Source: Lepidodermella squamata (taxonomy: Eukaryota > Animalia > Gastrotricha). Taken from it: a stretch of DNA of 64,000 nucleotides. Both the position numbers and the translations under genes were made by a program. Shown in pieces: positions 48,480-60,918 of this stretch (position 1 is its first letter; each line of letters opens with the position of its first letter). The notes beneath the pieces are model-generated. The model was not told the DNA's origin. It made no database searches and saw only the letters and a list, made by a program, of their open reading frames with translations. The DNA lies in assembly GCA_047495785.1 (NCBI GenBank), contig JBLDXI010000054.1:744001-808000 (forward strand), in the 5' to 3' direction.

Positions 48480-49940
48480 ATTCAAGTAATTTTTAAGAAA
48501 AATGCTGGTAATTGAAAATGCACGGAGCTTTTATCGGCTCCGCCACGTGACTTTGATGAGCTGGCTTTACCACGTGTGAAAAATATCGAATATTATTGTC
48601 AGGGTGATTATCCCGCTTGCTTCGGTGCTACGATTTCAGCTGCCTCGGCTTGTTTGAACTACGAGTCAGGTTACGAGTATTGAGCGTTAGCCTACGCTAC
48701 GAGAGATAAATTGATGGAATGCTCAGCCGAAGAGTGAGCAAAACCGAGCGTAAAATTCTATGTTATAAACCAGCTGCTTCTTACCATAATCATCATGGTA
48801 GTTTTATGCGATCGTTTTTCTATATGACGTACTGCGTGTTATTCTGGACAATTTCAGAAAAACCAACATATACAAATTTCGAAAAATGAGAGAATGCGAT
48901 CCATCCATGTTATTGAAATCGCCCAACCTTAGTACAGGAGGGCTGCAGGTTTTGAGAACTCCGAAATGAATAAACGTCGTCCTATCGTAAAAAGCTGTCC
49001 AGAATAGTTTTGCAAAATATCGCGGCAGATTCAATAAAAACGATCTTGGTCTTATTCTGGAATTCTTGAATCACAGTCATGTTTTTGCAAATCTATGCTT
49101 TATTTCCGGGCGATAAAGTCGACATTATGGGAGGTTAACTACGAAAAGACACAGGATTTGGGTAGTTCTTTACGCTTGGTCCGAATATGTAACCCGAAAG
49201 GAGCCATTTCCATTTTTTACCCGGGTTGTACCCGTTTTTACCCGGTTTACCCGGTACCGAGGTCCCTGAAACACAAACGAATACCGGATTCGGCGCCCCC
49301 GATAACATCTATTGGTATGCCTGAATTTTACTTGTTTCACTAATGCTTAAAACAAGGTGTGTTGCAAAAATGTGCGCTGCAAAATATCGTTAACGACGCG
49401 CCGAAACAACCACTTTGATGACTCATTCGATCGTACTTTGGCGAGCCGAACGTAAAGAAGGAGTACGTTCGGCTTTTTCGAGCACTGATCGTATTTATCG
49501 TAATTTAAATTTACGTTCAAGGGTTGAACGTACTTTCCATAAAAAAACTGTAAATAGTAAAGTGGTTGTTTTGGCGCGTCGCTAAATTTTGTGTTGCACT
49601 TAGGTTTATTTCTGTGACGCTGTAGTGGTGAGCCGCCACCCGCCACCTTATGAAATCCCTTCAATTAAGGTCTCGCTACTATCATAATTCACCGATTTTC
49701 AGCGTTTATCTGAATTCATGCCCATTCATTGTAGATGAATTAGGGTGACTTTTATTCTGGTGTAGAATGTCGGATCTCGTATCACAGTTTTAGCAGGTTG
49801 TAGGCAAATTTCGCAATTCCATTTCAACAATTCTACATTATTTCAACAATTCAGTCGCAAAATGACCTTTTGTATCTTAGGTACTCATCGCAAGTCCTAA
49901 TCGAAAACGGTGAGAATGAGTCAGTGACCACAATGCCGAC

Positions 49941-50483
49941 GTGAATGTAAGGATGAATCGCAGCACCACGCCTCTATACCTGGCTGCTGAGAAAGGCCAC
50001 TTGGAAATCGTGAATCTTCTGGCTGACGAATTCAAAGCCGACGTGAATGCAGCGAATGATGGGGTTACGCCGTTACATATCGCCGTTGATAGAGGCCACT
50101 TTGAAATTATTAAGCTCCTGGCTGGAGACTTTGAAGCCGATGTTAATGCAACGATGAATAATGGCGTTTCAACAATATACGTAGCTGCTAAGAATGGTCA
50201 CTTGGAAATCGTGAAATTTCTCGCTGAACACTTCCAGGCTGATGTGAATGATGCGAGTGATACTGGTGTTACGCCTTTACATATTGCTGCTGAGAATGCC
50301 CACTTGGAAATCGTGAAGCTTCTTGCTGGAGACTTTAAAGCCGACGTGAATGCAGCTAGTGATACTGGCGCTACGCCTCTATACTTTGCTGCTCAGAAAG
50401 GTCACTTGGGAATTCTCAACATGTTGCCATTCTCATTCAATGCTGATGTAAACCAATCGCTACATGACGGCGTTACGCCTTAA
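49941..50483 (+). pseudogene. Ankyrin-repeat fragment (about 5 repeats), probably truncated
   Basis: Tandem TPLH.AA..GH.EIVK.L....ADVN repeats. The frame opens after an upstream TGA, part-way through a repeat, and stops at GVTP-TAA where Leu (TTA) is expected. Confidence 0.7.
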
Positions 50484-50727
50484 ATCGTCACTTCCAACTG
50501 CGGTCGCCCAAGCAATGTCGATCTCAAGCTCGTTATCGATCCCGTTCAAGGAAGCTTGCGTTGAACCAGTTCGTGCCATGAACGAAGGCTGATGGAATGG
50601 CACGGAATGCAAGGCGATTGCAGCACCGCACCGTTTTGGTTAGTTCTGGAAGGAATTCTGCTCGATTTTCTCAACATTGAGGGCGACTGCTCCTCGGATA
50701 TTGCGATCGTCTCGGTGGAGTTTTATC

Positions 50728-51028
50728 CATTGTGTTTGAGGTTGTAAGTTGAAAAAAATCCGCACCCTGATTGGTCAGTTGGCTCGTATCCATGGCTCTG
50801 CCTTCCTACTTGATCGTGCGATCTATATAATTTGTGGCTTTTATTATTCTTATGAAGGCCGTATCGTAGCACGCGTTTCCGACAAATGCGTAAAACCATT
50901 CATAAAAAGATATTTTTTGCAAACATTTTATGGATCGCACGATCAAGTAGCAAGGCGGAGTCATGGATACGAGCCAACGGACCAATCAGAGTGCAGATTT
51001 TTTTCAACTTACAACCTCAAACACAATG
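50728..51028. mobile_element. Fold-back MITE with ~95 bp terminal inverted repeats
   Basis: cattgtgtttgaggttgtaagttgaaaaaaatc...cttgatcgtgcgatc is the near-perfect reverse complement of gatcgcacgatcaag...caacctcaaacacaatg. Confidence 0.85.
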
Positions 51029-51377
51029 TCGACATGGGAGCTGACTGCTGCTCGATTTTCATGGTATCAGGGTTGAATGATGCCAGACTTTCGAATTGCG
51101 CTAGTTTTTCCATGAGATTGATTCATTTTGAATAATAAAGCTAATTTTTGGTTCCTCAGGTTTCTTGAGTTTCATGAGTTTCATGAGTCTAAGGGGTATA
51201 TGTTTTTATGCCGATCCGAAGTTTTAAATCCAGCCATTTGCCCGGGTTTCTATTCTATCATTTAAAAAAAATACCTCTTGGATATTTGGTCAAGTCCGGT
51301 TTATTCACATTTTATTCACACAAGCCCAGAACACAAGACTTTCTCTCTCTTAAACTCACAACTAGGCTCACAAATCA

Positions 51378-52280
51378 TCAGCAGTACTCATAAACAGTAC
51401 ATTTCGTTAGGTCAGCAAAGTAGGTGTAACCATCCAGTTTCGCAGGGTTTTGCTCCACTTGACGCAGGGTTTTGACGCACCACTCAAACACCATGCAATC
51501 GTTCTTCTGTTGCGAGAATGCGAACCCGCGGCATTTTCCGTAATTAGCGCAAATGGCAGCGCACATCGCAGCTGTGTCATACCTGATGTGATGAAGTGCC
51601 TTATTCAGTTGTGATTCACAGTTGTAGTCGACTTTGGTGAACACGGTGAGATAGTCGGTGAACTCTAAAATGGATAAAAATATTAGAACCAGCGATAACG
51701 TCGCCGCCAAGGGCACGGGGGTAGCAACTGCATGATTGTAGGTCTTAACACGGGAAAATAGTGTAATTGCAAATTGCAGCCCCCTAAAAACTTGAACGAC
51801 GAGAAATCATAATATAGCATTTTTCACCAGGTAATTTACTTACATACATTTTAATCTTACCGCCAGATAGATAATTACCCCAAAGGAGCAGAGTATGAGG
51901 ACGGGGAAAATGTATTGTCAAAGCTGATTTACTAACTAGTATTCTTTTTGAAGACCCTGCTGCCTTTCTGAATGCCGACTTTCGTATTGGTGCACTCCGA
52001 ATTTAACTGGCAAGTTTTCGCGGTTTTGCTGTAAGTAAAGCCGAGGCATTTTTTCAAGTCATCCATGCAGAAACTGGCGCAGGCATCGATTGAGCTGTTT
52101 TGCAGCGTCGAGTAAACTGATTTGCAAGGGTATTTCACCTCATCAAAGTCATACTTCGAGAAGGCATCTGTAAAGTACGAACGAACGCAGTCATCAGATT
52201 CTAGCAAATAATATAGCAGCAATTATGAACTCACCAACTGCGGCGATCACAGCTGAAAGAGCAATGAATTTCGGAAACAT
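51378..52280 (-). CDS. Secreted two-PAN/Apple-domain protein, copy 2 (~187 aa)
   Basis: Exons 52280-52235, 52167-51937, 51664-51378; same structure as copy 1, with a strongly diverged second domain. Confidence 0.85.
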
Positions 52281-54651
52281 ATTCAACGCGAAATGATAAA
52301 GTAATTAAGAATAATGCTGATAATTGAAAATGCAGGGAAAATCCGTCAGGTATAATCGCGGCTCCGCCACATGACTTTGAGCACGTGTGGAAAACATCGG
52401 CGATTATTGTCAGGGTGATTATCCCGCTGGCTTCGGTGCTACGATTTCAGCTGCCTCGGCTTGTTTGAACTATGAGTCAGGTTACGAGTATTGAGCGTTA
52501 GCTTAAAGTTTGTTAATCTACGAGAAATAAATTGATGGAATAAGCAGCCGAAGAATGATAAGAAACGTGCGTAGATTCGATGTAATATCCCAGCTGCTAG
52601 GCGCTAATAGTCGCCATGGTAGTTTTATGCGATCGTTTTTCATAATGTCGTGCTGCGTGTTATTCTGGACAATATCACGAAAACCAAAATGTAAATCTTG
52701 CAAAATGAGAATGAGATCCATGCTCAAGACCAAGATAGATTTATTATAATTTATCGCATACATTTATGATGATTCATTCACGAAAACGAAACGAAAAGCT
52801 TTTTATTTTGTCCTTTTTTCCAGATGAATGATGCCCAACGAAAATGTACAATTTGGAAGGGAAGAAAAAAGGCGCAGGCACATCACGAAAAGGCGCTTGT
52901 CCGGGACAGTGCGCCACTCATAACACCGGACGGGCACATACTGAAATTATCACAAGGAGCGGAATTATCAGACACAGCAGAAGACAGAAGGCTAGTGATT
53001 AGTGGTAGGACAGCGGAGACGGAAGGTGGAGGACGTGAGAGGAAGAAACAAGGGAATAAGCCGGAAGGGGAAGAAGAAAGAGGAGAGAGACTAACATTGT
53101 GGGACAGGGAGCGGGCCGGGCGGCAAGCGAGCGTTGAGAATTGAGAAGGAAGACAGGTGACTTCACAGGCGGCGACGCGGAAAGCCGAACATTCTCGATG
53201 TCTTCACGAAGCGGCAGCACAAAGCGGACGACCTTGTCGGCATAGCAGCACTGGACGGCTTGTAAGTGCGAGGACAGACTGGGCAGGCGACAGCGCTGCT
53301 CCAGCGCACTAACACGAACACGATCACGATATTTTTTCTAGTGAATATCAACTCCGAGGAGTTTTTAACGCCTAGTGAAGGAACACTCCTACCACACAGG
53401 ATACGGGTCTATTATAAATATAGAAGTATAGATATCGAGGTTGAAACCATGTCGTTTCAACATATTTTTTGCCATTCTTGGAAAGATATCAGTGGAACCC
53501 TTTGGGTGACCTCGACGAAGCGGGGTGTGTTTTTCGCGAGCTTCGGATTCGGCAACATCTCTGGGACAAAGGGCCCAGTAGTGCCCGCGATGGTAGAAGA
53601 GAGTGATGACACCAAAGTTGTCCTCGCACTCGTTCGTGTTAGCTTCTTGCTAGCTTGACCACGTGACTTCAATCAATTCTGTTTCGGTTTATGATGGGAA
53701 ATTTAACAAGTGTGTTTAATTGGTCTAAATTACGTTATTCCTACATGCGCATAGACCAGCGTTTCCCAAACCGTGTCCTATAGGAAACTCGTGTACTATG
53801 CCAACTATGCCAACAACAAGAAACAAGGCATTTTTGGACGATTTTCAGACCGAAAATCGACGAAAAACCGTCAGCTGAATACCTATTTATGAATTTGCTT
53901 ATGAATGCCTATGATCATGAGACGATAAAGGATAGGTAGCAATAATATTTTAAACTAAGAATATAATGTTCCTTGCCAGCATTTCTTGAGGATTTCAAAT
54001 TTTTTAAATTTCAATTTTCAAGGAAGAGGCTCCCAAACTCCTTAAAAGACAGGAAAGGACAAGTGTCGTCGAAGCCTCTTAAAATTTAAGGTTAACGTAG
54101 TCCAACTTACCAGTGGTTCCACAATGCAGAGATGATTTTGATTCCACAACATTATTTGGCTGTCTTCCTGGCCTCAGATTACCCTATTAACACCTTGACG
54201 GCGCATAGTAATATAACATTAACTGTTTTGCGTGGCTGATTATTTTTTCACGCAATAAAAAATGACATTAGGCGCGTTTTTTCGAATTTCGCATTTTCCA
54301 CACTGCAACCCTGGTAACTATAAACGTATGTTTTATATAGTTCGACTCCTTGTTCATCGATCTTAAAAGCGGCATCAATATCTCAGGATGTCAATAATTC
54401 GCAAAAAAACCCCACTTATCACATGTTCACAGTCAATCATGGATAACAGCACACGGGACTACGTGTTATATCGCAAGCTAAGATTGAAATTAAATTCAAC
54501 AAGAGCATAACGGACTAGCTTTTCGGTCTGTGCTCCTCTCTCTCACTAATCACGCTAATCATTTGCCAGCAGGCAAATCCACACGAAGCCTATCCACAAC
54601 TCAGGGGTGAGATCTGACATTTCTTTCAAATTTTTGCGAGCACCATTTACA

Positions 54652-57274
54652 ATGTTCCTTCAACTCATTCTACTGCTAATCTTTCCGAACAGCTGCTCGT
54701 CTCAAACGGTCTTGTCAAGCCCGATTCCAGCTATGGTTTATCGCACGAACCACAGCCGTAGCAGCAGCCGCCCCGTACTAACAATACTAGCCTCCTGCAA
54801 CTACGGAGGTCTACCTTCAACCAACATCGGACCCTTCTGCACGGAACCCATGCGCTTTGCTCTGGATAGCATTAGAAAAGTTCCTAACTTGCTTCCTAAC
54901 TACGATATTGCGATTGAGCCTTATGAAGACATGGTAGATAACATATCATTATCAAGCTATTTAACTATACTTAATATACGTTTTTGAAATTTAGTGCAGC
55001 CGACCTCCTGGAATTAAAGCCTTTCTATCCCAAATGGATCGAAATGATTTAGTCGTCGGTAGAATCCCTCTCATCGTCCACTCAACGTGCGCATCCCACT
55101 ACTACAACGGTCAATTCATGACTTCGCAGAACTTTGTCGGGGTCGGTTTTTTAGACTGAGAATCCTGCGTTTTTAACTTTATTATTTTATTTTGATGTTC
55201 AGATAACAGCGGTTACTTATGCGGCCGAAGTCGATTTGTATCGAAATCGTTTTCCGAATTTCTTCCCGATGGCGCCTTCTTCCAGTGAGGGCTACAACGC
55301 AGTAGGAAGATTTATGGCTCGAATGAATTGGCTCAAGATGGTCCACATTTCAGAAATGAACGGACTTTTTAATCAAGTAGAGGTTGAAATATCGCGAAAG
55401 CTGGAGACTGCTTTTGGAATCAAAACGCTCGGAATTTTCAAGATTCCCTATGTCACCGGCGTACCTCCCGAATCTGAAGACGTTCAAGTAACAGTCGAAG
55501 AGATGCTGACTGTTGATCCGAGAATCATATCAATAGGGGCTCTCTACCCAGCCAGAATCGCATGTTGGTTCCACCGATACGGGTTATATGGACCCAGCTA
55601 CGTATTATTCATAAATAGCTTAAGCGCTTTCCAAGAAAATGATCCGACTAGATACAGCTGGTGCACTAGTAAAATGCTTCGAGATGTTCTACAAAGCGCG
55701 ATTATTCATGGACCTGCCTCAGCTATGGATCTAAATCAAATGAATAACATCGATTCACTAGGTAACACTGGTTCTGATTTCGACTCGGCAATCAGCTGGA
55801 TGATTCAGGATGCTAGACAGTCGAGATCTTGGGGTATGAGAAATGTTTTCTACGATCCTCTCCTATTCGCTCTATTTGTTCTAAACGCGACGGAAAATTC
55901 TTTGAATAGGAAAAACCAAACTCTTCTGAATTGGGCTACTAACACCCAGAGTTTTAAGAGCAATGGACAGGTTATCGTTGAAGAGTTGAAAAGATCGCTG
56001 TATTCAACTCGTGTGGTAACAAAACTGGGCGAAGTCGGGTTCGAGCCGAATACGACCCGGAACACTGGAGGAAATATGGCATATGGCTTCTTCCGATATT
56101 CTTCAACTGGTACCTTCACGTTGCAGCCGATAGCAGCCTTCGAAACAGGCTCGAAAACATTGAGATTTGTGTTGAACTCAATCAATTGGGGCACAAAAAG
56201 TGGGAAACCACCCGTTGACTCAGTAGAAATTATTCGAATAGTTCTACCGCTTATTTCAACAGTTGGCTACATCACGATTACGACCGTTGCCGGGCTTGAA
56301 TTATTCTGCGTTGTAGTCATCGCCGTTTTCCTTTTTTATCAGGCTAAATCAGCAGATACAACTCATTCTTCATTGGCTCTGTACTATTTCTTGCTTCTCG
56401 GAGATGTACTCCTGCTTATTGCTGTCTTTGTGCAAAAGAAGCATTATAGCAGCACGATCAATGTCGATTGCATGGTGTCGATCGTTTTGATCTTCATTGG
56501 GTTGTTTTGCGTTCTGTACGCCATGGTTGCGAAACTCCATTTCGCTCTGCTAACGTTTCTATCAACGAAGTCCAGACAACCGCAAGTATCGGTGCTGAAA
56601 TCTGTATTCGGAACGATGAGGACAAAAGCTCAGCGCAAATCACGGGGTTCTGTGGTTCAACAAGTCTATGACGGAGAGCATTCTAGGAAATTGTCGAAAT
56701 ACATAGGTTTCATATCGATGTTTGCTATAGTGATCCTCCTCCTTGTTTGGTTTCTTGTCGCACCGATGACTCACGATTTTAGTGTTGAAGCTGCTGGAGA
56801 ACAAGAACTTCGAATGGATGTTGCAAATGAGAATATCGTCCATTCCTGCCAAATAGGGAATTCAATCGTTCCGCTGTGTATTATCGGAATCATATCTTCT
56901 TGTTTAGCACTCATTGTCATTCGGGGAGCTTTCCTAGCTTATGCGTTAAGATCGGTAAGAAAAAACCTGATAAAGTTATTTATCACAAATTAGCTGTTTT
57001 GCCTTGCAGAAATGCATTCCAAGTGTTCCTGATTTAAAAGCTACTCGGTCTTGCTTTTACGGAACAGTGATGCTGCTGCTTTGTGGAGCAATCATTTCTG
57101 TGTTCATCTTCAAAGAACAATCCCTTCAGCGTTTAGCGATTTCAGCGACCATATTCGGCTGTGTGCTATTGAATCTTGGGATAGTTTTCACCGCAAAAGT
57201 AAGCTCTAGCTAAATTAGAACTCAATCGTAATTTTCATTTTCAGACTTATAATGGAACCGCAAGCATCAGATAA
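54652..57274 (+). CDS. Class C GPCR, GABA-B-like orphan (~799 aa)
   Basis: Exons 54652-54933, 54995-55141, 55203-56954, 57010-57198, 57245-57274 join in frame. Signal peptide, Venus-flytrap motifs (LLPNYDI, FPNFF, MNW, GLYGPSYV), W...PP.D linker and 7TM. Confidence 0.8.
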
Positions 57275-57442
57275 CGCCGGATAGGTTTCTTTCTTCAGCC
57301 TTGACTAAAGTCTTTTGTACGAATCAGGAAGTTCGATGCATTTAAACAAGTTTAAATAAGATTTGAAGCATCATTAAAATCATGTAGCCGATACCTCTAT
57401 ACCCCAAATGGTTGGTTTAGAAGTTATACCATTTAATACTGA

Positions 57443-57444
<2 letters not shown>

Positions 57445-57520
<76 letters not shown>
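57445..57520. repeat. (TG)38 microsatellite
   Basis: Uninterrupted TG dinucleotide run. Confidence 0.98.
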
Positions 57521-57524
<4 letters not shown>

Positions 57525-57789
57525 TTATCACCTTAACAAACACTTCCACGGACTCGATTTAGAAAAATTCGCAAGATGCAGCGTTCATAAAATTCCAAAT
57601 TCAGACATCAGACATCAGGTAGCGATCAAAATTCGCAAAACTATGCATACTTATAGACCTAATCTTTTTATAAGCTTTCACAACGCCAGACATGTCGTAA
57701 AAATTCGGCAAGAAAACATTCGTCAAAATCAAAAGCCTGAACTTGAAATTATTGAATTGGAGACGGTTGGAAACGATACTTTTCACGGC

Positions 57790-58482
57790 TCATTTCGATT
57801 TTGCCCAGTTTTCGTACGTGATTGGATAGCAACAAGCAACAAGCGAACAGCGAATTGATCGTGCACAGGCATGCGAATAACGAACACATATCGGTGTAAT
57901 TGCTCGGGAAAATGCGCTGTGGCTTAGCCGCGCTAAAATAGCCGCGCTTCGGTTGCCAAACACGTCGATATAATCGTACCTAGCTGTCATGTTGAGACCA
58001 TTCCAACCGAGGCCGTAGGCGTCCATGAATAGGGAATCGACTTTAGTTTGTTGGGATGGCACGAAAACGGCTGCTTTAGCTGATTCTTGCATGACAAAAG
58101 CGACCTCGCAGTATTGAGTATCAAACGGAAAAGACGTGAAATCCATCGGGCAAAACGAGTCGAACACGCCGACCCTTTGCCAGTATACGCCCACGTTATA
58201 GTCTGTTACATTTTCGTCGAAAAACGCGTACATTCGAGTTGTGAAGCCGCTGATTATCGCAAAGTCTTCCACCGCGTTTTTGTGATGCATATGAGGCCGC
58301 CAGAACGATTGGCCTTCGCCTAAGATGTAGGTCGCGCAGTTCCCCGCGCCTTGAAATTCATCGCATTGATAGTACCAGTTGAGGTTCAGAGCCCCGGAGA
58401 AGGCCATTGATTCTCCCTCCCACGTCGTCAATTCTGTAGAAGAGATTTTTCGAACCTCAGAAAATTTAATATTCAGTCGCAC
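57790..58482 (-). pseudogene. Cys-loop receptor extracellular-domain-only locus (pseudogene or soluble binding protein)
   Basis: WRP motif and an uninterrupted Cys-loop CPMDFTSFPFDTQYC; no M1-M4 follows. Candidate upstream exons at ~59188-59044 (signal-like) and ~58856-58754 do not splice cleanly in one frame. Confidence 0.6.
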
Positions 58483-59300
58483 ACTTTGAACAAAAAGGCC
58501 TATATGAATCTAAGTAATTGTCGCGTGTGAACATATGCCAATTTTTCAGCGAGTCGACCTTCGTTCATGAATACGACTCAGACTCGCTGCCTAATTAGCA
58601 TACGCACACAAAAAATATGGCTAAAATTCCGGAGTTTTTAATTCAATCATAATAATATAGTAATAATAATAAAATAGACGGGTACAGGAAGCCGGAAATT
58701 GCACAAATTTGCAACACTTTATAAAAATTGAACTAAGCTGAGGCCTTTGCAACCTGTATAAGCGGATAGGACGAATTCGGCCGGTTTGATTGAAGTTCAA
58801 TAGCGTCATCATTTTTAACTTCAAAGTCGAAAAAATTTACACAGAGGTCAATGAGACTACGGCTGACACGGTGATATTTTTTTTTTGATCAAAAAATGAT
58901 AAGAACCCTCATGATGACAATGATCAGCAATATTCCTCAAAACGGTGATCAAGAATTCATCAAATTCGAATTTCTGTGAATTTTCAAAGGCGAAATTCCG
59001 AAATCGTTCTTCCCGCTATGAAAGGGTTAAGATTGCAGATACCGGCTTCCAAGTTGTATTCCAGCGCGTGAAGGTGCTTCAACGTGAAATTCTGTATGCC
59101 GTTTTCGAAGTAATAAGCTGTGTGATGCCGAAATGACGAGCAGGAATACATATAAAATGGTATCATATTGGAAGCTAGGTGCCATAATGTAACCAATAGC
59201 AACAGACGCACAGAACGTTTTTTTTATTTTGTATTTTAACATGCCCAGGAGGCAAGGCTTTCTCTCTCCAACTCACAACTTGGCTCAAAAACCATCAGTA

Positions 59301-60918
59301 TCAGCTTTTAGTAGGGTATTTAGTATCATCAGTGTAGTAGTTGTAGCCATCCGAAGGTTTCGCACCTTTCACGACGCACCTATCAAAGTAAACGCAGTGT
59401 TTCTTCAGTGGCGAGAATCCGAACCCGCGGCATTGTGGATGCCCGAAAAGAATGCATTTGGCAGCGCATGCTGAAGGTGTTTCATACGTGTTTTTATCAA
59501 TGTCAGCATAGAGTGCTGTGTTACAGGAGTAGTTGCGTTTTTTGAACCAGTAGTTGAGGTAATAGGTGAACACTAAAATGTATAGAAAACATTAGAACCA
59601 GAGATTGCTATATCACCATAACACATGTTCCATTAAACCATATCAATGTGTCAAGTGCATGGGGGAAGTTATTCCATGGATGTAGGTTGTAGGTCTTAGC
59701 ATGAGAAAATAGCTTATTAGCGCTTATTGCCCCCTCCCTACATAGAAAATTTAAATACGAGAAATTTCATGTTTTCCATGTAAATTTAATGTCGGAGTGC
59801 CTATTTTTGGCATAATTACGCGGTATATTTAACCATTTTTACATCATTTTAAAAATTGAGCTTTGTTTTTACCGTATTTTTGGGGTTCACCTGGTTAGGT
59901 TTAGGCTTAGGCTTAGGGTAAGTGTAAGGGCTAAGGTAATTTTTATTATAATAATACCGTCGTTCGGGGTTAAATTGGCACTTGAGGCGATTTGGCCGAA
60001 AATTGATGCCATCGCATTAATTTTGATAGCTCCTAGACTGCAAGTCAGATCTCTGAAAAAATGTGTGCAGATGATCTTCAACAGACGAATTTGTGCAGAT
60101 TTTTTAGCCAGTTATTTCCCAGAATGAGGCCACGGCAAGCCAGTTTTTACAGGTAAGTTTAGGCGGGTAACAACGACCCATGTGAAATGAATTATCTGTA
60201 ACCAATCGAAAGGCTTTGAGTTCAGATGAAATTTGTTCCCTCAACCATTTCCTTTGGTGATATCAGGAAAAAAACCGCGACTCGAGGCGATGCATAGGTA
60301 TGGCCAGGTAATTGCGCTCAAATTGCCCCATGGAAAAATCATACATGGGGGCGAATTGGTCTTTTGGTTTAATTAGTCTATTTAATTACGGAAACCTTTT
60401 AAACGTCCTCCGACCGACCTAGGACAGTCTGGATTAATTAATTAATTAATTTAAAAAATAAAGTAAAAAAAGCAAATAAAAATGGTGCATCCGGGAGTCG
60501 AAACATCACCCACCATAGGCATGCGGCGCATTATAAACACTCGACCACTCAACAATCTCAAAATATTAGTATGGGTTACTAACAAAGCTTCTTGCTGAAG
60601 ACCCTGTAGCCTTTCTGAATGCTGAGGTTGTTATTGGCGCAGTCTGAATTCAACTGGCACGTTTTCGACGTGCTGCTGTGAGCGAAACCGTGGCATTTCT
60701 CGTCGTCCAGACAGGTACTGGCGCATGTTTCGTCTGAGCTGTCTTGAAGTGTCGAGTAAACTGAGCTGCAAGGGAATTCTACCTCATCAAAGTCATGCTT
60801 CGAGGAGGCATCTGAAAGTACGAACAAAGCACTCAAGTTCTAGCAACAAGGAGCAGCAATTTATCAACTCACCGAGTGCGGCGATCACAGCGAAAAAGGC
60901 AATGAGTTTCGGAAACAT
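59301..60918 (-). CDS. Secreted two-PAN/Apple-domain protein, copy 3 (~181 aa)
   Basis: Exons 60918-60873, 60811-60584, 59572-59301; closest to copy 1. Intron 2 is expanded to 1,011 nt by an insertion. Confidence 0.85.
60483..60550 (-). mobile_element. Degenerate tRNA-derived (SINE-head-like) sequence inside the PAN copy 3 intron insertion
   Basis: Minus strand has an A-box-like tggtcgagtgt, a B-box-like gtttcgactcc and a 3' ggatgcaCCA followed by oligo-T; no intact cloverleaf. Confidence 0.4.

Noticed and set aside
51665-51716. Apparent signal peptide MPLAATLSLVLIFLSIL making PAN domain 2 a separate gene
   Set aside because: Starts at GTG and overlaps the branch point and acceptor; the same region is frameshifted with a stop in copy 1.
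52395-52495. Plus-strand micro-peptide DYCQGDYPAGFGATISAASACLNYESGYEY in the conserved PAN upstream block
   Set aside because: No shared start codon or splice acceptor, and substitutions among copies are not mainly synonymous.
57448-57858. 136 aa ORF starting MCVCVCV
   Set aside because: Translation of the (TG)n microsatellite.
59892-59936. Interstitial telomere
   Set aside because: Only a few degenerate mixed hexamers inside an intronic insertion.
60483-60550. Functional tRNA gene
   Set aside because: Acceptor and anticodon stems do not pair; kept only as a tRNA-derived relic.
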